Shown here: in pieces, positions 32,393-45,781 of the stretch
How positions within the stretch are numbered: position 1 is the first letter of the stretch
How the letters are laid out: every line of letters begins with the position of its first letter
Assembly (NCBI RefSeq): GCF_009914755.1
Contig: NC_060926.1
Source of the DNA: the human T2T-CHM13v2.0 reference genome, Homo sapiens
Length of the DNA: 64,000 nt
Reading direction: 5' to 3' (one strand)
Translations under genes and position numbers: made by a program
Notes under the pieces: model-generated
What the model was told of the DNA's origin: nothing
Database searches by the model: none
What the model saw: only the letters and a program-made list of their open reading frames with translations

Positions 32393-33480
32393 AGGCCTCA
32401 TGCCTGTAATCCCAGTGAGGCAGGAGAATAGGGTCTGGAGACAGGGAACCTAAGGCTGTTTCACACCGACTTCCTAGAACTAAATTGAAAGGAACACCCT
32501 AACTTTCCATTCCTAAGTAACAGAAGGACCAGAGGCTACTTCCTTTGACCTTTTCTGCGCACACATAGGAAATTGGCTGACCCCAACGAATCAGACAGTG
32601 GGTGGAGTCTTCGTTTGCAACTCTGTAACCATTTCAGCCTCTGAATGGTTGCTGTTGGCAACAAATAAGACTGAGCAACAAATCAGACTGATTGCTGGTA
32701 GGGTCTTCGTTTGCATCTTTGCAACTTCACTCCAGCCTCTGAATGGGTGTTGCCTGCAGCCAATCAGACTGATTGCCAGCTATGTCTTCGTTTGCAAATA
32801 AGTGTAACGTTGTAACTTCACCCTAGCCTCTGATTGGTTGCTTTCTGCAACCAATCAGATGTTTGCACATGATAGTGACCTTTGTAACTTCACTTCAGCC
32901 TCTGGTTGGCTGCTTTCTGCAACCAATCAGACTGATGGCGGGCTCCCAATTCATTTACATGAGGTGAGCATGAAGTGGCCAATGGGAAACTTCTAGGGGA
33001 TATTTGGACCGGAGAAGATTCTGTATCTGGGCCCTTGAGCTGCTGCTCAGGCAGCTTCCACACTGTGGAGTGTACTTTTGTTTTCCATACATCTCTGCTT
33101 TTGGTCTTTTGTTGCTTCATTCTTTGCTTTGCTGGGCGTTTTGTCTAATTCTTTGTTCGAAATGCCAAGAACCTGGACAACTTGCACTCATGACCCTCTA
33201 CCGATGACACCAGCATTTTGGGAGGCTGAGGTGTGAGCATCATCTGAGGCCAGGAGTTCAAGACCAACCTGGGCAATACAGCGAGACCCTGTCTCTAAAA
33301 AAATGAAAAAATTAGCCAGGTGTGGCAGCATGTACTTGTAGGCCTAGCTACTAAGGGAAGAGAATCACTTGAGCCCAGGAATTAGAGGCTGCAGTGAACA
33401 ATCATGCCACTGCACTCCAGCCTGGACGAGAGAGTGAGGCTGCATCTCTAAAAATAAATAAATGAATAAATAAACAAAAA
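32393..33480 (+). mobile_element. AluJ split by the MER51 LTR
   Basis: ctcatgcctgtaatcccag | LTR | ccagcattttgggagg...(taaa)n tail. Confidence 0.88.
32416..33209 (+). mobile_element. MER51-family solo LTR (ERV1)
   Basis: TG...CA ends (tgaggcaggagaatagggtctgg...ccgatgaca), 4-bp TSD ccag, tandem CCAAT-containing units. Confidence 0.85.
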
Positions 33481-33497
33481 GTCTTATTGAGAAACAG

Positions 33498-33627
33498 GAA
33501 AATAAAGGAGAAGATATGAAAAGATATAAATAAAGGATAAATAATAGAAATAAAAGATATAAATAAGCAGAAAATAAAGGAGAAGATATAAAAGAATCAG
33601 GAAAATAAAGGAGAAGATATAAAAATA
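33498..33627. repeat. Purine-rich tandem repeat, 3 copies of gaaaataaaggagaagatat
   Basis: Copies at about 33498, 33570 and 33601. Confidence 0.85.
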
Positions 33628-33998
33628 AGACCAGGGCCACTTAAAATTCAAAGGCAACATATGGCTGAATGACAGAGCCAAGTCTGAGCACATGGCAATC
33701 GCACTCAAGTTTGCCAACACAAGAAGGTTTTATGCTATCCAAGGAAATCCAATTTTGAAAATGTAATGATGATCTTACATTATTACAGGGTAGAAAATTA
33801 AAGAGAAGTATATAATCTTTATAAAATGACAAATTGTTAGATTTCATTTGGCATAATATAGTTCTTGTTAGCTTTAAAATATTTAAAAATGTTCCAAGAG
33901 TAAACCTTTTTTTAAAAGAATAAAAATTCAAACAGCATTCCATGTTTATCTTCTAAAGCCATTAACTGAAACAAATAGGAACATTTTTCTTTCCATAC

Positions 33999-34299
33999 CT
34001 TCAGGGGGTCTCTGCAACTGGGATTTCCGATAAAACAACATGTAGGCACTTTCTTTACCCTGAAATTGCTGTTCAATATCCTTTTCCCTGATTGGCTGGA
34101 CTTTAGAATCATTTATATCAAACCAGTGGGGACAGGAGATGCTATTGTTTAAACCTGGGGATTCTGGAGGAAGCATCTTGAAAATTTGCTGGTCATTCCT
34201 TTGGAAATCAGACTCAGCCTGGAGAGAACTATTCTTCAAGAGACGAACTGTACTTTCATCTGAACTGAGTAGAAATATCTGAGAATGGAGCTGTAAGAA
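33999..34299 (-). CDS. USP40: USP40 exon 8: FLQLHSQ...WFDINDSKV...SAYMLFYRK...PPE
   Basis: 301 nt, tag|TTC...G|gta; WxxxND and AYMLFY boxes close the USP domain. Confidence 0.97.
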
Positions 34300-36969
34300 C
34301 TACACAGAAACAAAAAAAAAATGCTAAGTTAATTATTTAAACAAAAATTAGATGTGATTAAAAAATGTTTTCTTCCTTTCTGTGATTAGATCATTTAACT
34401 TCATCTTTATTTCTGACCTGGCCAGCTACGGGGGAAAATCCATCTAGGTATCATAAAACATTTAATAAAACCACAGTGCTCTGTTAAATAGTCTGATAGT
34501 GACATCCAGGGAGGAGGTCGCTATGCCACAATCTAAAAAGCATTTTGATTACACCTCACTAGTGCTGTTTAAAAAAGTATTTAACTGGAACAGATTAGGT
34601 AGAACAAACACTTTTGAAATATTTAAAAGCAATCTAAACAAGGCACAAAACAAAGGCAATCACACAGTGTACCACCATAAAAGATAATTTGAAAACCCAG
34701 ACAGACTCTGTTGGGATAAGGTAGTAATTATCAACCTAAATTATCTTTTAACCTGGACTAAAGTGAATGTTGTCTGTTCTAAAAGCTGGCAGACAAGCTC
34801 AGAAAATCAAAGCATAGTAAGGGTTAAGTCACAATCCCAAAGTTCTTGCTAAAGGATTAAGAAGAAAAAAATCTCTTTCTCCATTGCCTGTCTCTACCTC
34901 CCCATCCACTACGCCCCTATCCTCTCACTCTTTAACCTCTGTCTGGCCTTGAGTCTCTTTCTTTTCTCTCAGCCTAATTTACTTTATATAGAAAATTACT
35001 TGGGAGTTAAATTTGACACTTGGGTACTTCATCAATCACCCTGGAAAGGTGATTTGCTAATTTTTCGCTTGGAAAGAAAGTAATTTGTGGTAATGTCAAC
35101 TCTCTGAGAATCAAAAGTATTATTTTATCAACAAACAGAAGAGTGTAGGGCATAACCCAAAGACAACATTGTTAACATTGTGTATGAGAACAGAAGGTAA
35201 AACAGCCTTGCAGCTAGTTTGTTTAAGGTACAAAAAAGTATCAACAACTTGAAAGCTTTGAGTAATGAACTTTCTTTTCATTTTTTGTTCTTTGGGTTTT
35301 TAAGTAATGAACTTTCTATATAGCCACGTTTTTCTTTGTTTGATAGTTGAGAATTAACTCTTTTAAGCCTCAAACATCAGTGCAGTCTAGTCCCATTAAT
35401 GACAAAGAAATTTTCTTAGACTAATCTTCCTAATAAAAATGATAAACTCTAGGCAAAAAAGGAAAACAACTGTTGGGAAAGGAACCCAAAGTAGGCATAA
35501 AGTGAAGATATAATACTTCAAAGAAGGGAAGCAAACCAGGTGAGTTCTGCACTCACCTACCTACTACCCAGTTTGTAGCAGTGCATGATGGAACAGATTT
35601 CAAGAAAAGGCAAGAGTCTTACTGGGATGAGGGGACAGAATCTGAGAATACCAGAGAGGCGAGATCCCACGAAGGAGCCCCAATTCTGTAACAAATCCCC
35701 CTAAATCCTTGGCTAACTCCTAAATGGTAGAATGGACAGCTCAAAGAGCCCAGCAGAGAGTATCAGTTAGGAGGTTCAATATCTGAGCAGGGCTGCCTGA
35801 TGCCAAGAAGAAAGAACAAGGAGTTCAAGTCCTACCAAATTAGAAAGAGATAGCAAACTTTTTCTTAAAGAGCCAGATGGTAAATATTTTAGAAGCAAAA
35901 CTGAGAACATTACTTAGTACTCACTTCACCTTTTAAAAAGTAACCATTTAAAAATGTAAGGCATGTTCTTAGCTCAAGACTATAAGAACAGGCAGCAGGC
36001 CACATTTTGCCCACAGGCCATAGTTAGCTGAGCCCTACTGTAAGAGGAAGGACCATGACCCAGGGCTAAGCTATTCCCTGGAACTAAAGCCAAAATTGTA
36101 ACAGACCCACCCTAAAGCCCAAAATTTAACTTCCACAGAATCTAAAAGACTCAAAGGTAATTTGAGGGCTTGTTAGAATGCAATGCAAAGCTCTTCAGAG
36201 AAAAATAACATAATCTAGACTCTCCACAACACATCATCCACAATATGAGATTATATGGAGCAGGGGGGCAAGACATGGGGAGATGATGGTCAAAGGATAC
36301 AAAGCCTCAATTCAATGGTAGGAATAAGTTGTTTTTCTTAAAAAATCTATTGCACAGTATGGTAAATACAGAAAATAAAAACATACTGTACATTTCAAAA
36401 TTGCTGAGAATAAACTTCACCACAAAAAATAAGTATTTGAGATGATGGATATGTTCATTAGATTTTTCTGTATTGTATTTGCAAATTAAAACATCAATCT
36501 GTACCCTTATAAATATATACAACTAAAATTTATCAATTTGTAATTAAAAAATAAAAATTTATATTGAAAAGATTATATGACATGCAAAGAAACAGGACAA
36601 TGTTATTCATAATCAACAGATGGAATGGTCAATTCAAAAGAGAATAAAAGAGTCAACAGAATCAAATTCAGAATTAATCTAGCTACTATAATAGCAAACA
36701 GCTATTATAAATATGTTAAAGAATTTAAAGGAAAAGATGAATAGAATGGGTAAAGAGAAGGGGAATTTCAGCAAAGAAATGTACACTTTAAATAAGAGCT
36801 AAGTGGAAAGACTACAACTAAAAAGTATAATATCTGAAACGTATAGCTCATTTGTTGGTCTTAACAGAAGAGTGGCTCAGTGGAAGAAAAAATTAGCAAA
36901 GCTGAGGACAGATCTCTGGAAATTGTCCAAATTGAAGTAGGAAAAGAAAAAAATTAAAGAACAAAACAC

Positions 36970-37188
<219 letters not shown>

Positions 37189-37239
37189 CCCCCAGAACAT
37201 CCAAGACCTGAGAGGACATATCAAATGGTCGAATACATA

Positions 37240-37870
37240 CAGATGGTCCTCAGTATCTGCAGTTTCCAAATCCACAGATTCAACCAACCATGAATCAAAA
37301 ACATTAAAATAAATAAACAACAGTATAATAGTGAAAAATAATAAAAACTTAAAAATACAGTACAACTATTTACATAGCATTTATATTGTATTAGGTTTTT
37401 TTGTTTCCTTTTTTTTCTTTTGGAGACAGGGTCTCATCCTGTTGCCCAGTCTGCAGTGCAGTGCATGATCATAGCTCACTGCAGCCTCAGACTCTTGGGC
37501 TTAAGCAATCCTCCACCCCAGCTTCCCAAATAGCTGGGACTACATGTGCGCACCACCGCATCCAGCTAATTTTTAAATTTTTTGTACAGATGGGGTCTTG
37601 CTATGTTGCCAGGACTGGTCTTAAACTCCTGGGCTCAAGCAATCCTCTTGCCTAGACCTCCCTTTTGCTGGGATTACAGGTGTGAGCCACCACGTCCAGG
37701 CTATGTTAGGTATTATACGTAATCTAGTGATAGTTTAAAGAATAGAGGAGGATGTGACTAGGCCATATGCAAATACTATGCCATTTCATGAAAGAGACTT
37801 GAGCATCTGCAGATGTGGGTGTCATCTGGGGATTCTAGAACCAATCCCCCATAGATATGGAAGGATATAG
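37240..37870. mobile_element. MER2 DNA transposon split by an antisense AluJ (~37395-37702)
   Basis: cagatggtcctcagtatc, ccacagattcaaccaacc, gacttgagcatctgcaga. Confidence 0.8.
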
Positions 37871-39234
37871 TTAGACTCCCAGAAAAAGAAAGAGAGATGA
37901 GGCAGAAAAAGAAATTGAAGAAATAATGGCCAAAATTTTTCCAAAATTTTAAAAAAGACTTTGGACCACAGATATTAAAAATACTTAGCAATAGAATGTA
38001 AATAAACACAAGGAACACAATACCTAAATACATTATTGTCAAACTGCTGAAAACCAAAGATAAAAAGAAAATCTTAAAAGTAGACCAAGAAAAAGAAACA
38101 TTACATTCAAGAGAATGAAATAAAAAATGACAGTTGGCTTCTCATCCAACATACTGGAAGCCAGAACACAATGGGCCTCTTTAAAACACTGAGAAAAACA
38201 CAAAAATGATTAACTTATAATTCTGTATCTATCAAAAATATCACTAAAAAATGGAGGTAAAATAAATATTTTCAGACAAAATCTGAAAGCATTTTTCACC
38301 TGCAATTCTGAACTTCAAGAAATGCTAAAGGAAACTCTCTAGGTTGAAGGGAAATGATATTAAATGCAAACCTGGATAAATAATGAGCAGTAAACTCCAG
38401 AAAAGATAAATACGAAACACTATTCTTTCCTTAATTTCTTTAAAAGTCACTAAAGTGTTTAAGCAGTAGTAGTAACATATAGTGTAATTTACATTACATG
38501 TAATGGTAAAATATAAGAAGGCAATAGTAGGAAAAATGGGAATGGGAAAATGAAATTATACTATTGTAAGCATCTTACAGTATACATAAAGTGGTATACT
38601 ATTAATTTGTAATTTATCATGTTAATTTATATATAGTGTAATCGCTAGATGAAATTAAATAGATTAAAAAGCCAACAAAAGAGCTAAAAATGGGACACTA
38701 AAAATTTATTAATCCAAAAGAAGGCAGGAAAGGAAAAAGAAAATAAAGAATAGAGGAGAAATAGAAAACAAATAGCAAGATGAGAGATTCAAACACAGCC
38801 ATATCAATTATATTAATGTAAATAACTAAACATTCTAATAAAAAGGAAGAGACTGTCAAACTCTCTGTCATTTGACAGAAAACAGAAGAGCAGAGAAAAT
38901 CAACACAGGCAAAGTCGTTTTCTTGAAAAGTTTAATAAACTTGATAAACCCCAGCAATGAAAAAGAAAGCTAAAAAAAGACAAATTATCAATATCAGAAA
39001 TGAAAAAGGAATCATAAGTTCATATTCTACAGTCACTAAACGGATAATAAGGTGAGATTTTAAACAACTTTATGCCAACAAATTTGACACCTCAGATAAA
39101 TGAACAAATTCCTTAAAAACCATAATTTTCCAAAATAAACAAGATCCAACTTCATACTGAGACACACATGTATAAGAAAGCTTATATGGCTACATTAATA
39201 CCAGACAAGGTAGATTTCAAGGCAAGGGATATTA

Positions 39235-39556
<322 letters not shown>

Positions 39557-40420
39557 GCAAGCATTTCACGCCAGGAGGCAATAACAATCCTAAATGTGTA
39601 TGTACCTAATAATATAGCTTCCAGAAGATACATGAAGCAAAAACTGTCAAAACTTTTTTTTAAAAAAATGAGACAAATCCACAATTATAGTTGGGAGATT
39701 TAAAAATTCCTCAGTAATTAATAGAAAAGGCAAAAAAAAAAAATAATAAGAATAGAGAAGAAACAAAGAACACAATCAATTTGACCTAGTTGTCACTTGT
39801 GAAATGCTACATCCAATAACTGCAGAAAACAACCTCTTTAGTGAACACAGAACATTGAGCAGGATAGACAACACTCTGAACCGTAAAACAAGTCCTAAGA
39901 AATTCAAAAGAACTGAACTCATATAGAGTATGTTCTCAAAGTACAATGAAATTAATTAGAAATCAATTTACTGACATAACAAAAAGATAACTAGAAACCC
40001 CCTAAATATTTGGAAATTGACCAACACACCTCCAAAGAACTCAAGAGCCAAAGAAAAAATAAGAGAAATTAGAAAATATTTCAAACTGAATGAAAATGAA
40101 AGCTTGTTGAATATAACTGACTATATTCAACAATATAACTATAATCAACAATATAATTTGTTGAATATAACTAGTGCTTGGAAGAAAATTTATAGCTTTA
40201 AAAGTATTAGAAGGTTTAAAAAAAAAACTGAGTTACCAACCCAAGTAGCTAGAAAAAGATGATCAAATTAAGTCCCAAGAAGTAGAAGAAAATACTTTAA
40301 AATAAGAACAGATATCAGTGAAATAGAAAATAGAAAAGCAATAGAGAAAATCAATAGCATTGCATCAAATTATATCTAAGGCAAAAGCTGGTTTCTTGAA
40401 AAGGAAAAAATTAACTTGAT

Positions 40421-40730
<310 letters not shown>

Positions 40731-41181
40731 TTATTAATATCAGAAATGAAAATGGAACATAGCTTCAGGTTCTACAGACACTAAAAGGATAATGAGATAT
40801 TTTGAACAAGTTTATGACAATAAATTTGATACCATAGATAAAAAGGCAAATTCCCTTACTAGAATTTTGTGTAAAAAATCAAGTGAAATCTGGGTGAATA
40901 CCTGAAGACATTTCTCTAAGTAAAATGATAAGCTTTAGGGGATGAACTCTGACATTTTTTAGGAGTCACTCCCCACTATTTTTGCTTACTTCTTGTTTCT
41001 ATGATAAATAACTCAGTAAGTAATACTTAATAAGTAACTTAGTAGGATTCTAGCCATTATACAAATACGGTGATTTTATTTTCACCTATTTTAAATATCC
41101 TTCTGCAAAGGAATTCATGTTGTTGCGATCATAATGAAATTTCTTGGGACTAGGACTTCCCAAAACGATGCCATGTATTAC

Positions 41182-41289
41182 CTTCCGCAATGGTCCATGC
41201 TGTTTTCTGTACTTCTTGTTCCAAGATATTCCTATCTTTTTCAAAAGTTTCTGGCCCAGCTGATCAACAGGAATTAGATTATTCTCCTC
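41182..41289 (-). CDS. USP40: USP40 exon 7: (E)ENNLIPVDQLGQKLLKKIGISWNKKYRKQHGPLRK
   Basis: 108 nt (105 with distal AG of tandem aag/gag acceptor); AAG|gta donor. Confidence 0.9.
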
Positions 41290-41708
41290 CTTATGAGAGA
41301 AACACAGTCACTCAAGAAAATCTGATGAGAAATAACTGCATACTTAACAAATTCAAAGAGACCAACAGGATTATACCTAATTAAATATGCCTAGAACAGC
41401 AAACACGTAAGTTGATTCCATCATAATTATTTTATTATAAAAAGTTTTTTAAAAACTGGTTAAGCCTCAGTTGAGAAAACTTGGATTTTTGCCATTTTCC
41501 ATGTGCCATCTTCCATTTGAAGAGCAATATCAAAAGTAGCTCAAGGTTTCGTAAATTCCCAACATTAAAAAGGAATTTTCCATTTAAATGTGTAAATTAC
41601 TGATATTAAACAAGAATTTTGGAAGAAATACGTAAGTACAAAAACAAAGATGATTAATGTCTTATCTACATGTTTTGAAGTATAAACAAGTTCTAAAAGG
41701 GGGTGAGA

Positions 41709-42128
41709 TGTAGCGGTGACAGACTGAATTGTATCTCCCCAAAATTCATATGTTGAATTCCTAACCTACAATATTTCAGAATGTGACCACATTTGGAGAT
41801 TAGACCTTTAAAGAGGTGATTAAGGTAAAACGAGGCTGTTTTCCATTTTAGAGTAGGCCCTAAGTAAATCTGATTGGCATTATCATAAGAAGACGAAGTT
41901 TGGACAAAGTGACACCAGGGAAGCACACACACAGAAGAAACACCATGTGAGGACACAGGAAGAAGACGGCCATCTGCAAGCCAAGGAGAGAGGCCTCAGA
42001 AGAAACCAAAACTGCCAACACCTTAATCTTGGACTTCCAGCCTTCAAAACTGTCAGAAAATACATTTCTATCATCTAAGCCATGCAGTCTGTGTCATTTT
42101 GTCATGGCAGCCCTAGTAAATTCATACA
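41709..42128 (+). mobile_element. MLT1-type MaLR solo LTR
   Basis: gactgaattgtatctccccaaaattcatatgttgaa...catggcagccctagtaaattcataca. Confidence 0.85.
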
Positions 42129-42787
42129 ATAGTCATAGATCAATATAATTAAAGTACTCGACCCAGGTCCCTAGCAGGAATTATAACAAATCATTTATTA
42201 AGGATGAATGAATAAATGAAAGAAGACCTCACATCTTTAAAACAGCATATTAAACAAACTTTAAAAGTCATCTACTTGAGATATTATCAGTGAGTGCTAG
42301 GAATGAAAAAGGGGACACACTTTCAGGTCACATAGACATTAAAAGGATAATATGGAAATGCAATAAATTGCAAAACAGCATTTAGTAAAGCTCAATTTGG
42401 TTTAAAATGACAATAATAGCCAAAAAAGTCATAACCCAATTCCAATATACATATATAAACATAAAGAAAACAGAATGCAAAGAATATATATCAAAGTGTT
42501 AACAATAACTGTCAGTATCTGGCCTACTTATACTTTTTATCTTTTGTATATATTTTCTGTTTTTTTCTTGAATTTTCTACCATGAATATGTATTTCATTC
42601 ATAACCAGAAAATCCCCACAAACATCATTAAAATATAGATACAGAGAATGTCCTTAAGGAAAGACTATGAATGGTAATAATATCACACCTAGCAACTAAA
42701 CCGCATACATTCTTACATATATACACACATGCACACATACACACAATACATACCATACATACAAATACATACACACACATACTATAC

Positions 42788-42883
42788 CTCTAATAAGATT
42801 GCTTTTAGAATCATCAGTGGATGATCAATCTCTTCTTCACTCTGGAGATCTTTCAGATTCACATCTGGTTTACTTTTTTCCTC
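42788..42883 (-). CDS. USP40: USP40 exon 6: EEKSKPDVNLKDLQSEEEIDHPLMILKAILLE
   Basis: 96 nt, tag|GAG...GAG|gta, phase 0-0. Confidence 0.92.
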
Positions 42884-42948
42884 CTAGGAAGGAAAACAGT
42901 ATGAGTTTCTATCACTAACCCCTTAAAAAGTAACAAAATAGGAATGTT

Positions 42949-43210
42949 GGCCAGGCACAGTAGCTCACACCTGTAATCCCAGCAATTTGGGAGGCCGAGG
43001 CAGAGGGACTGCTTGAGCCAGGAGTTCAAGACCAGCCTGGGCAACATAGAGAGACCAGCACACTCTACAAAAAGATAAAAAAAATTAGCCAGGAGGTTGA
43101 GGCGGGAGGACTGCTTGAGCCCAGGAGGTCAAGGCTGCAGTAGGCCGTGATTGCGCCACTGCACTCCAGCATGGATGACACAGAGCAAGACGTTGTCAAA
43201 AAAAAAAAAG
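42949..43210 (+). mobile_element. AluJ with internal deletion
   Basis: Start of right arm missing; poly(A) tail. Confidence 0.88.
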
Positions 43211-43979
43211 GTTTCAAGATGATGAAATGGTGGTAAAAACATCACAATAATCTGCATATGCTTGGAATGAGGCAGACCTGGCTTTGAATTCCAGCTCCTG
43301 GTTGAGCAATCCTGGACAATTTACTTCATCTCTCTGGCTTTAGTTGTAAATTGGGAATATGAAACAAGTAAACCTTCTAGCACAATACACACAGTGGGTT
43401 CCAATATTTTCCAGCTTAGCACTACTTTAGCTACATTTTACATAATTTGATATGTTGAGTTTTCATTAAAATTCAGTTCAAAGTATTTTCTGGTCTTCAT
43501 CCCGTATGGTCTCATTCACTTGTGTTGACCTAAGGAAATTCTACTCATCTTTGCAGGCCAGGCTCAGATTAAATACTCCTTTCTATTTCCTGATCATCCA
43601 AGTTTTCACCCCATTTTATGAAGGTATTGGGGAACATGTCAAAATTCCCCGGTAAGTTATTTTCATTGCCTTTTATTTCCATACATGCCATCTTGCAGAA
43701 GTATTTTAAATGGACTTAAAACCAGAAATACAGATAGTCCTAAACAATGCAAGCCAAAAATAAATAATCAATAAGTGATGGAAAAATATGGCAGGCCAGA
43801 TACAACCATCCTGCTACAAAATTACTAAAAATGCTAGATAAAGTAAAACCAAAACAAATAAAAACATCTTAAACACACCATGAGCTTGCAAGAACATCAG
43901 GGAAAACTCTTCTGAGGTCAAAAAAGTGAAATGGGAATGTGGGGAAGAAATCCAAAGATGAGGCCTCCAGATGTGCAAC

Positions 43980-44346
43980 TGCTATGGCCAGAGTAGTTAG
44001 GTTCCCCCAAAATTCATACGTTGAAACCTAACCACCAATGCAATAGTATTAAGAGGTGGGGTCTTCAGGAGATAATTAGGTCACAAAAGATGAGCCCTCA
44101 TGAATGGGAGTAGTGCCTTTATAAAAAAGGCCTGAAGGAGTTTTGTGTGTCCTTTCTGCCATGTGAGGACACAGCAAGAAAGAGTCATCTATGAAGCAGA
44201 GCAAGTCCTCACAGACACAAAATCTGCTGGTGCCTTAATCTTGACTTCCCAGCCTCCAGAACTGTGAGCAATAAATTTCTGTTGTTTACAAATTACCCAG
44301 CCTAAGTGTTGTGATAGAGCAGCCTGAACCTGAATGGACTAAGACA
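43980..44346 (+). mobile_element. MST-type MaLR solo LTR
   Basis: tgctatgg...aatggactaagaca termini. Confidence 0.85.
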
Positions 44347-44444
44347 CCGATCTTGCTGACACTGAACTTCCATTTTGATGCCCATACAGGGCAGAGTTGG
44401 GGAGAGAAAGCCTAGGCCTACCCAAAGGAGGGAGTCGAGGGACT

Positions 44445-45230
44445 GGTCTTTCAAACAACAATCAATTCTCCAATTCTCTGACATCAACTAGGTGTCACAC
44501 AATTGTATTCAATTCTGACACTATCAGGTGACAGCACAGACTCCATAAGTTGAGGACTCAGTCCCGTAAGACTGTTCCCTACTTCAAACACCAACTACAT
44601 ACGGAGTCCCTAGGGTACTCACACTTCTGCCTGGCTGATTACAAATTCTAGGGTTCCCATCACCCCAACTCAGGTTCATAATTTTCTGGAACAACAGTTA
44701 AGAACTCAGGAACTTATACTACACTTTATTACAAAGGATATAAATGAATAGCCAGATGGAGACAGACATAGGGCAAGGTCCAGAAGGGCCCAGAGTTCAG
44801 GAAACTCTGTTTCCGTGGAGTCGCGGTGGCCACCCTCCCAGCATGAAAATGTGTTCACCAACCCAGAAATGCCCCAAACCTAATTTTTCAAGAGGTTTCA
44901 CTGAAGTTTCATTACAGAGGCATGACCGATTAAATAAATCACTCGTCACTGGTGACTGAACTCAATTTCCTGTCTCTCTCCCCTCCCCAAGGTCAGGGAA
45001 GCAGGGCTGAAAGTTTCAACCCTCTAATAATGGGACTGCCTTCTCTGGCAACCAGCCTCCATCCTGAGGCATCTAAGAGTGACTTCATTAACATCAACTC
45101 AGGTTTGGTGGAAAGGGGCCCATTATGAATAACAAAAGACACTCCTATCACTCAGGAAGTTCCAAGGAGCTCTGTGCTAGGAATGGGAACTGGAAAGGAT
45201 GACCAAATATATACTTCTTAATATATCACA
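44445..45230 (-). mobile_element. MER21-family LTR
   Basis: ttcaattctgacacta, cactcctatcactcaggaagttccaagg, ends tatatcaca. Confidence 0.75.
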
Positions 45231-45781
45231 ATGACAAAATCCGGCAAAAAGTTGGAATCCCTAAATGTCTATACCTTCAATATAACCACGACCTAGAAAA
45301 AAAATCCACCTTACAATAAAGGACAATGAGGAACTGGCTTGCCTTGACCTTGATACTGGATGAAGGGGGAAAAATGTCCTTTAATAATCACAAGTAGGTC
45401 CTCATGTGGGTTTGTGTCCCAAATTCATACTAGCTGTATTGCTCTAAAACCATCAATTTGATGTTGTTAAGGGCTGGTAGCGATCTCAGGCTTGTGTTAG
45501 AGACAAACACAAATCTTTCTTGGAAGAAGGCACTTTTAACTCAGTCCTCAAATTACTCCCGTAAATCAAGTTCTTAAAAAGCAAACAAACAAGCAAAGCA
45601 AGAAGCCTACAGTCCACAATACTAAAATCACAAGGAAATACAATCAGCAACATCAGAAGATATCCAAGTCAGACCTACAAAGTCTTCAGATGCTGCAATT
45701 ATCAGAAAGAAAATAATAAAATAAGTATGTTTAAGGTGCTTGAAGAAATTTATGACAACGGAATAAGAGATTTAAAAATGA

